64,000 nucleotides of DNA. Source: Psammoneis japonica. Taxonomy: Eukaryota. A program made the position numbers and the translations under genes. The notes under the pieces were generated by a model. The model was not told where the DNA came from and did no database searches. It was given only the letters and a program-made list of their open reading frames with translations. Positions 56,219-64,000 of the stretch are shown in pieces. The stretch lies in NCBI GenBank assembly GCA_008632985.1, contig QPGO01000136.1, positions 1-64,000 on the forward strand, read 5' to 3'. Positions within the stretch are counted from its first letter, which is position 1, and every line of letters begins with the position of its first letter.

Positions 56219-56914
56219 GTTGAAAAAAAAAAGACGAAGGGTTGTCTATCAGCTTCTTTCTACCGGTACTGCGCACTGATGCGAAAGAAACGTTCGTATC
56301 ACAGTTTTTGTTTGTGGCCAAGTAGCCAAGCTTGTCAACCAGTCCAGGCATCGAGTTTGGCTTTACACTCCTGTATGATGGAATGACTCTCATCACAGCC
56401 TTACAGCATTCGTAGCATACAGACTTGATGAAAGGTTCGTCGGGCTCTGTCTGCTCCTCTCTACTCGTAGTAGACATCATGACATGACATTAGCATGCAA
56501 AGCAACCTCTACCTGCAATCTTCATCTAACGTGAGCAAAGCAGCTGAAATGAATCGTTCTCATCCTGCCTATCGTCCGTTGAAAACGGGGTGGCTTAACA
56601 CTCAACACAAGTTTTCACCTTGCCATTCAATTGTCCAACGTAGTTTCACAAAAATGCTGTCATATTGTCAAATGGTAATTGCGCCAACAGTTTTCTCAAC
56701 GGAAGACGCGACGATGTTCAAAGCTGTGCCCAAAGCGGGACACCTGAGCTCTTCAATTCGAACGGACGGTTATGACTCGCAGAATAGTTTCTGCGCCAAG
56801 CTGGACACGTCAAACACTTTGCTTTCCCTGCTGACTCGATCCAGCCAAATATCAATCATACCGATGATGAAAAAGCAAACATTTCCAAAGAATGAGAACA
56901 AGGTGGAATAGCCC

Positions 56915-59531
56915 TCAATCGTGCGATGCACGGGACAGACACTCCAGCAAATACTTTTTGCGCCATTTCCTACCGGACTTCATGGACGAATCTTTTCCCG
57001 ACACTGCATCCCATTCCCAATACGGAACTGACAAAAGAGTGTAGTCTTCTAGTTTCGAAAGCTGGCGACATTTCAATTTGGTGGACCCATTTGGTGATCG
57101 ATCATTGAGAAAGTGATTAGGCCCGTCCACTTCTATACCGACCTTCGTCCCTTGGTAAGTCACAACTGCGTCAAGGCTGTACCCGATACCGGTGATGAAT
57201 TCTTCCTCCACTTGAAGCTCCAGCTCAGACAGTGTATCTACCACATCCTTTTGCAGTTTCGAAGGTTTCCCTTGTTCCGCCACAAACGCTTCATGGCATT
57301 TTCGGGGAAATTCTGAATCGAATTGCGCGGGAATATTGTGTTCTTCAAACCACAACTGAACTTGATGGAGTTGAGATAGAGGTTCCGCTGAAAATAACGA
57401 AGCTTCTGAGTTACAGATTTCAATGAATTTTTCGTCGTTGAGCAACTTGTCACATCGATGGTCACAAACAGCATACGCCCAAGCTGTATTGGAAAGTTCT
57501 TGAGGTATGAATCTATCCAACTTCGGTATGGATGCTTTAGCAATTGCATCAAAAAGTAACGGCGACACGTGTCCAGCAGTTGCAAAGGCCCATGCTGTAT
57601 TTGCAAGGTTTTGGGGGCTGAACGTGTCCAATTTTGATATCGAAGCGTCAGCAATGGCATCAAAAAGAGGTGGTGTAGAGTATCCAGAAGTTGCAAAAGC
57701 CCAAACCAAATTGGCGAGTTCCTGGGGTTTGTACTCATCCAATTTCCCTATCGATGCGTGAGCAATGGCATCAAAAAGTAATGGTGAAGCATGCCCAATG
57801 GTTGCGAATCCCCATGCTGTATTGACCAGGGCCTGGGGAGTGAACTTGTCCAAATTCAGTATTGATTCGTTTGCAATTGCGTCAAAAAGCAACCTCGATG
57901 AGTGCCCAACGGTCGCAAATGCCCATGCTGTATTGGAAACTTCTTGGGCTTTAAATCTATCCAATATTGGTACGGATGCTTTGGCAATGGCGTCAAAAAG
58001 CGACGGCGCCGAGTGTCCGAGAGTAGCAAATGCCCATGCTGTATTGGAAATTTCTTGGGGTATGAATCCATCCAACTTCGGTACGGATTCTTTAGCAATT
58101 GCATCAAAGAGCAACGGCGACACGTGCCCAGCAGTCGCAAAAGCCCATGCTGTATTGGCAAGGTTTTGGGGGCTGAACGAATCCAATTTCCGTATCGAAG
58201 CGTCAGCAATGACATCCAAAAGAGGTGGTGTAGAGTATCCAGAAGTTGCAAAAGCCCAAACTAAATTGGCGAGTTCTTGGGGTTTGTATTCATCCAATTT
58301 CTCTATTGATGCGTGAGCAATTGCATCAAAAAGTAATGGTGACGCATGTCCAATAGTTGCATATGCCCATGCCGTATTGGTAAGGGCCTGGGGAGTGAAC
58401 TTGCCCAAATTGCGGATTGATTCGTCAGCAATTGCATCAAAAAGCAACGACGACGGATGCTCAGCGGTCGCAAACGCCCAAGCTGTATTGGCAAGGGCTT
58501 GAGGGGTGAAATTAGCCAATTTCTGAATTGATGCATCAGCAATAGCATCAAAAAGTAACGGCGAGGAATGTCCGATAGTTGCATAAGCCCAAACTAAATT
58601 TGCGAGTTCCTGGGGTTTGAACTCATCCAACATCCCAATCGATGCGTCAGCAATTGCATCAAATAGCAGAGGCGATGAATGACCAATAGTGGCGTATGCC
58701 CAAACTGAATTTGCGAGTTCCTGGGGCTTGAACGTATCCAATTTCTGAATCGATTCGTCGGCAATTGCGTCAAAAAGCATCGGAGACGCATGTCCGGCGG
58801 TTGCAAAAGCCCAAGCCGTATTGGATAGGTTTTGGGGGATGAACTCGTTTCTTTTTTGAATGGATGCAATTGCCAAGTAGTTGAAAAGCTTATCGGAGGG
58901 ACGCCCAACTTTTGCGAAAGCCCATAAGGTCCTTGATATATCTGCTGGAGTGAGATCGCAATTTGTACCAAGCACTTGTGCCTCCAAACCATCCCAAACT
59001 TCAAGCCCTAACTTTAGCCTGCTACTGTGGATATCTTTGCAAGGCTATTCGCAGTTGAGCCAAGCGATTTCGGTGGAAACGTGTCTAAAACTTGAACGGT
59101 GTGTTGCAGTAGTCGTTGTATCGCTTTTTCGTTGCTTTGAACGTTCATTCGCTCGGTTGTATTTCTTGAAATGATTGCTGCGATGCGATTCCAACAAAGT
59201 GAGATGTCCCTGGGTTCATTTTATCGCTGTGGGCTTTGTGCAGATCAAGCACAACCTTGACTCTGTCGATTGTTCGAAGATTAGGTAGCCTCCAACGTTG
59301 GGTTTTGTTGCGGCTGCGACTTCGCGTTGGTGCTCTTGATGCAAGAGTTGGTCGTTCACTTTTCCTGCCACCATCGTTGCCTGGACCACGTGCATTCACA
59401 TGTGTTGTTGCAAATGCCATCTGCCTGTGAGAACTGTGCCAAAGATCATGGTGGATTGCAGAATGTCGGCAGCTTGGCGCCATTCCAACAACAACGGTGC
59501 GGGCAGACATGAAACGCCGCTGCGCTTTCAT
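56915..59531 (-). CDS. HPR/OPR-repeat RAP-domain protein, copy 4 (14 repeats; frameshifts at about 58990-59210)
   Basis: ORF 56915-58987 carries the repeats and VGIEVDGPNHF...SVPYWEW. An upstream frame carries the family N-terminus WRLPNLRTIDRVKVVLDLH. The start at 59531 is inferred. Confidence 0.88.
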
Positions 59532-59819
59532 CCATGATTCAGTGCTTTGCGGTCTGTGCTGCGTAACCTTTTGAGAAAGAGTCGGAGCATTGCTATCCAG
59601 GCTTTTCGTTCCGTCTATTGAATGTCTTATAGATGCCTCCTTGTGCACAATTCGACAGCGAGCGGTGTTTTCATGTCATGGGCAGCGCGCCGATGCGACG
59701 ATACTGTATACAGTACCGCTGATGAATGATGACGCGCGACGCGACGCGTCGCGCGCTGGCCTGGTTGAGGGCATCGCATCTCCGGTTCGACGGTCTGTCC
59801 CAGCAGCTGCCCCGGTGCA

Positions 59820-61760
59820 TTGAAAAATGCAGTGTTGTTGATGCATTTGGGATGTGTGTTTTGATTGTTTGGTTGTGAGGTGGTTGTGACGTTGGATCCC
59901 AGCGTGAGTTCTCCATGATTTTTGTGTGTGTTGCCCTGCAGAGGCTGATTTGACACAGCTTTGCTCCCTGCCTGCCGCTGTGTGCACCAACCACCAACAA
60001 TCACAAAGTGAGCTGCTCTGCCACTGGGCATGCGTCAATGCCGTCTGGGACATCAAGGCAACCAGACAGGCTCACAATGACCAAAATGCCCTTGTGTTTT
60101 GGGGCAAATCAGATGTTTGTTGGTGGTGCTGGTTGTCCCAACTCTCAAGCACATGGTGTTTTTGATTGCTGTCTTTCTGTTGTCAAAAAATGTGCTTTGT
60201 GCTTTGCGAGGGGCAGTTTTTTTACACATGCTGACTTGCCCAACAATCAATTTCATGTGCCACTGGAACACCCCCTTTTGATGTGTCAGCAACAATGGCA
60301 CGTTGGTTTGAAGCACCAGCCCTGTCCTTTGTTGTTGAAGCTCCTGAGGGAGGCAGGCACGTCAGTGCATTGAGGCACTTGCTGCACGTCAGGAGCCAGG
60401 GCCAGACATGTTCCAACCACATGTGAACCACCAAATCGTGCACAAAAACAACATTTGCACAATTTTCACATGGTCTCTGACTTGTGACCTGGCTTTCTCC
60501 ACCAAAAGATTCGCGCAAATGTTCGAGTGTTTTGCAAAACACTGAAACAAGACTCGTGTCAGTGTTGCAATGTCATTGTTTTTGTGCAACCCATGTTTTT
60601 TGTTGCAACAAACAAATCGCAACACAATGGATCATTTTTGGCAAAATCATTGCCGTCATTTTGATGTTGACATGAACAATTTTTCTGCAATGCTCTTTGG
60701 CATGGGCTCCGCACACAACAAACAAATCTCTGCATGAAATGCACTGACGCACAATCAGCATTGACTCCACTGAGGAAGGTTGTGACACACATCCCATGAG
60801 GACTTGCATGCCAATGAAGAAACCAATCAGATGTTCATGCTCTAGACACCTGTGGAAGCAAATCTGCTCAAGCATTTTGCACACAAATGCTCCATGCACG
60901 AGAGATGCACAACCCACATTCAAAGTTGATTGTTGTTTTGTGCATCACCTGGGGCTGGAACACATTGCCAGCTGATTGTGCCAGCCACCACAGTGGCTGC
61001 TGGCACAACATCTGGTGCATGAGTGAGCCCACAGGCGCCAAGGAGCCACGCTCATTTTTGAGAGAAGTTTTGGCACAGAGAAACAACAGCTTGGGCATTT
61101 GTTGCCAAATCATGACCCAGCCAAGTGCTGTGATTCCCCAGGGTTGGGGCCTGGGAGCTGCGGTCTTCAGCCACTCTGTTTGTCCCCTGGCACAGACCCT
61201 TGGTGTTTGTCCGCAAAAATTGTCGCGCGCAGCACTCAAGTTGGGTGCTCCCCTCCTTGTTCTTGTTGCCTTCTGTTGCCCTTGGCTGGGTGCTGGTGGG
61301 ACAACACAGGGGCGCAGTTGCAAGGCCATCAGCATGTGAGTTGGGGGTGGGAGACGATGATCGAGCATGTTGTGTGTGTGCCAGCAGCGCCGCCCCATGT
61401 CGAGGTGCGGAACATTCCCACCAGGAGGAAGTTGCCTTGCTCCTTGATTGGATGTCTCACTCACAAATTCTTCCTGTAAAAACAAATAAATGGCAAAGGT
61501 GCTGCAACACATGAACACGCCACCATGCCAGCAAAAAACAGAGCTTCTCATCAAAAGCCTCTGGCTCATCGATGATGTCTCTCCTTGGTGGCTGCTCCCA
61601 CTTCTTCAGAAGAATGACCACAGGGAGAAAGGAGGGGCAACAACTTGCTCTTGGGGCAATGTTTTTGCACGTGGCATAAAAGGCAACGAGTCTCATCGAT
61701 TCATTAGACTTCTCAAGGACAGGGGCCATCATGTTGTCATCTTCTGTCATAACATGTGTT
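59820..61760. other. Unclassified TpA/CpG-depleted island between divergent RAP genes, probably a decayed repeat
   Basis: Composition matches the transposon island and C/H-rich ORFs appear in all frames. No recognisable domain. Confidence 0.45.
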
Positions 61761-62018
61761 CCAAGCACAGGGGAACCGACCCACGGCGGACAGATGCCGG
61801 TTCATCCGACGCCCGACACGCGCATGCAACGAGCGCAATACGAACGACAACGCCGCCACATCATCACGACGACATTGAAGCTAGCCGACTGCAGATGTTG
61901 TAGCCCTACCGGTATGTTCGATGCGGCTGCTTCGAAATGATGGACAACGTGTGGTAGTCTCACCTTCCTATTTGCCAGCTAAACAACAACACTCTCGACG
62001 GAGACTGCATCAACAGTC

Positions 62019-64000
62019 ATGTGGTGTTCAAGAGCCTCATTGTCAAACAGCTTAAGGATCCGCCGAAAGGCTGCTTCACACGTTGGTGCTGTTTGCACTC
62101 ACCCCGCCATCCGAGAGGCTTTACAACCAAGAACTTTTGTGGGGAGGCGAAGCCCGATAAACCAAGGACAACTTCGTGGTTTTACGAGTGGACAGCAAGT
62201 CCTTACTAGAATACAAACAACTGGCTCCACTCATGATCCGCAAAATCAGCAAAAGAAGAGAAGTCGACGGAAAATGCCAACGTTGAAAAAACTGAACAGG
62301 GTTTCTGATGTGCTCGGCATACACAAGTACAAAGAGACGAAAATGAGCCCTAAAAATATTTCACGTTGCTGGAGCCGTATTGCCACAATCGTATCTCGCA
62401 ACGAGCAAGAGAGAGCAGAATTGCGACGAAGAAGTCGAGATGTCCAACTCTTACTGCAGCACACAATTCATGAAATCAAAGAATTTGGGGCCGACCCCCT
62501 GTCGTTGTTGGTACACAGTCTCGCCAAAGTATCGATTAGATGCAGGTACAATATAGACAGAAAAGTATGGCGCGTTCTGGAACATAGAACGGTTGTTGTT
62601 TTGGATGACGTTGACATGTCCCCGAGACGGATTTCCAACGTTGCTTGGGCATTTGCAAAGGTTCGGTATAGGTCGACGGCATTATTTGACAAAATTGCTC
62701 AAGCATTAGTTCCGAAGATGAGCATGTTCAATCCACAAGACCTTTCCAATCTGGCTTTGGCATACGCAACTGCCGAACACTCAGCGCCACTACTCTTTGA
62801 TGCAATAGCCGATGCATCTCTAGAACAGTTGGACAAATTCAATCCGCAGGACCTTTCAAACATTGCGTGGGCATTCGCAGCTGCCGGTCACACTTCTCCT
62901 TTACTTTTTAACGCTATCGCCGACGCGTCGCGAGATCAGTTAGATGACTTTGCGCCACAGAATCTATCCATCATGGCGTGGGCGTTTGCCTCTGCCGGAC
63001 ATTCGGCGCCGACACTTTTCGGTGCCATTGCAGGCGCAGCACTGCCAGTGATACACAGCTTCAACCCGCAAGACCTTTCCAACATATTATGGGCATATGC
63101 AACCATCGGACAGCCGTCTCCTTTTCTCTTTGATGTCATTGCGAAAGCTGCGCTACCTCAATTGAATAGGTTCAACCCGCACAACCTAGCAAACATAGCA
63201 TGGGCATATGCAACCGTCGACCGCTCGGCACCGTGGCTATTTAATGCCATTGCCGAGTCTGCACTCCCAAGGATAGACAGTTTTGATCCTCAGGCACTTG
63301 CTAAAATGGCATGGGCTTGCGCTACGGTCAAGCACTCGGCACCGCCACTCTTCGATGGCATAGCTGGCGTGGCAATATCTAGATTGGACCATTTCAGCCC
63401 TCATGCCCTTTCCAATATGGCATGGGCATATGCTACTGCTCGACATTCAGCCCCGTTGCTCTTTGACGAAATGACCAAGACAGCAAGAGCAAGATTGGAC
63501 AGTTTCACCCCCCAAAACCTATCAATCATGGCATGGTCGTATGCTGCCGCGGGACATTCTGCGCCCTTGCTCTTTGACGCCATGGCTGATGCAGCGGTAT
63601 CTCGTTTGGATAGCTTCAGCCCACAAGATCTCTCACACTTATTGTTGTCCTTTGCAAATGCCGGACACTTGGTTCCGTCACTTTTCGATGCCACCGGCCA
63701 TGTAGTACTCTCGAAATTGGACGATTTCAATGCCCAAGAACTTTGTGATGTTCTTTGGGCGTTTGCCGTTTGTGACCATCCCTGTGAAAGTCTAATGAAC
63801 GATAATGGATCAAGCTTTACCAAAGCATTCAATGCAAACGACGCATTCCTTTCTTTGGATGCCTTGATTCGACTGCACCAAGTTCACCTGTGGTGTCTCG
63901 AACATGGCAGTAGTTCGCTACAGCTTGATTTCGAGTTACAAAAGAGGTGTCTAGATGCTTTTGTGGAACAAAGAGAAAAGCCATCCGAGTTGCAAAAGGA
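62019..64000 (+). CDS. HPR/OPR-repeat RAP-domain protein, copy 5 (11 repeats), running off the window end
   Basis: Hand-translated from the ATG at 62019: MWCSRASLSNSLRIRRKAASH...MPTLKKLNRVSDVL...FNPQDLSNLALAYATAEHSAPLLFDAIA...HQVHLWCLEHG. It is absent from the ORF track because there is no stop in the window. Confidence 0.9.
   Translation, partial: MWCSRASLSNSLRIRRKAASHVGAVCTHPAIREALQPRTFVGRRSPINQGQLRGFTSGQQVLTRIQTTGSTHDPQNQQKKRSRRKMPTLKKLNRVSDVLGIHKYKETKMSPKNISRCWSRIATIVSRNEQERAELRRRSRDVQLLLQHTIHEIKEFGADPLSLLVHSLAKVSIRCRYNIDRKVWRVLEHRTVVVLDDVDMSPRRISNVAWAFAKVRYRSTALFDKIAQALVPKMSMFNPQDLSNLALAYATAEHSAPLLFDAIADASLEQLDKFNPQDLSNIAWAFAAAGHTSPLLFNAIADASRDQLDDFAPQNLSIMAWAFASAGHSAPTLFGAIAGAALPVIHSFNPQDLSNILWAYATIGQPSPFLFDVIAKAALPQLNRFNPHNLANIAWAYATVDRSAPWLFNAIAESALPRIDSFDPQALAKMAWACATVKHSAPPLFDGIAGVAISRLDHFSPHALSNMAWAYATARHSAPLLFDEMTKTARARLDSFTPQNLSIMAWSYAAAGHSAPLLFDAMADAAVSRLDSFSPQDLSHLLLSFANAGHLVPSLFDATGHVVLSKLDDFNAQELCDVLWAFAVCDHPCESLMNDNGSSFTKAFNANDAFLSLDALIRLHQVHLWCLEHGSSSLQLDFELQKRCLDAFVEQREKPSELQK

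Overview
Eukaryotic nuclear DNA, most likely from a diatom. The evidence is short GT-AG introns, signal peptide plus 'AF' plastid presequences, and diatom-type (CoDi-like) Ty1/Copia elements. The assembly looks unpolished, with many 1-bp homopolymer frameshifts in conserved genes and one N at 10608. The window holds about 11 ordinary genes: a small plastid protein, NO66/RIOX1, WDR1/AIP1, an alpha/beta hydrolase, a GT32 glycosyltransferase, FAM151/menorin, a Cys-rich protein, a coiled-coil protein, an HRDC-PIF1 helicase, an SDR and an ankyrin-RING protein. It also holds a five-member family of organelle-targeted 37-aa-repeat (HPR/OPR-type) RAP-domain proteins, a nested LTR-retrotransposon island (about 28.9-44.3 kb), a TTAA-targeting MITE and an inverted segmental duplication. 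The most striking signal is a domain-restricted hypermutation that has removed nearly every TpA dinucleotide (TA->CA or TA->TG, on both strands) from transposons and some adjacent duplicated gene copies. This is the reverse of the direction of fungal RIP. Internal controls (paired LTRs, a mutated TTAA target duplication, intact versus mutated paralogs) indicate it acted on chromosomal DNA after insertion. All calls come from reading the sequence by eye; no searches were run.
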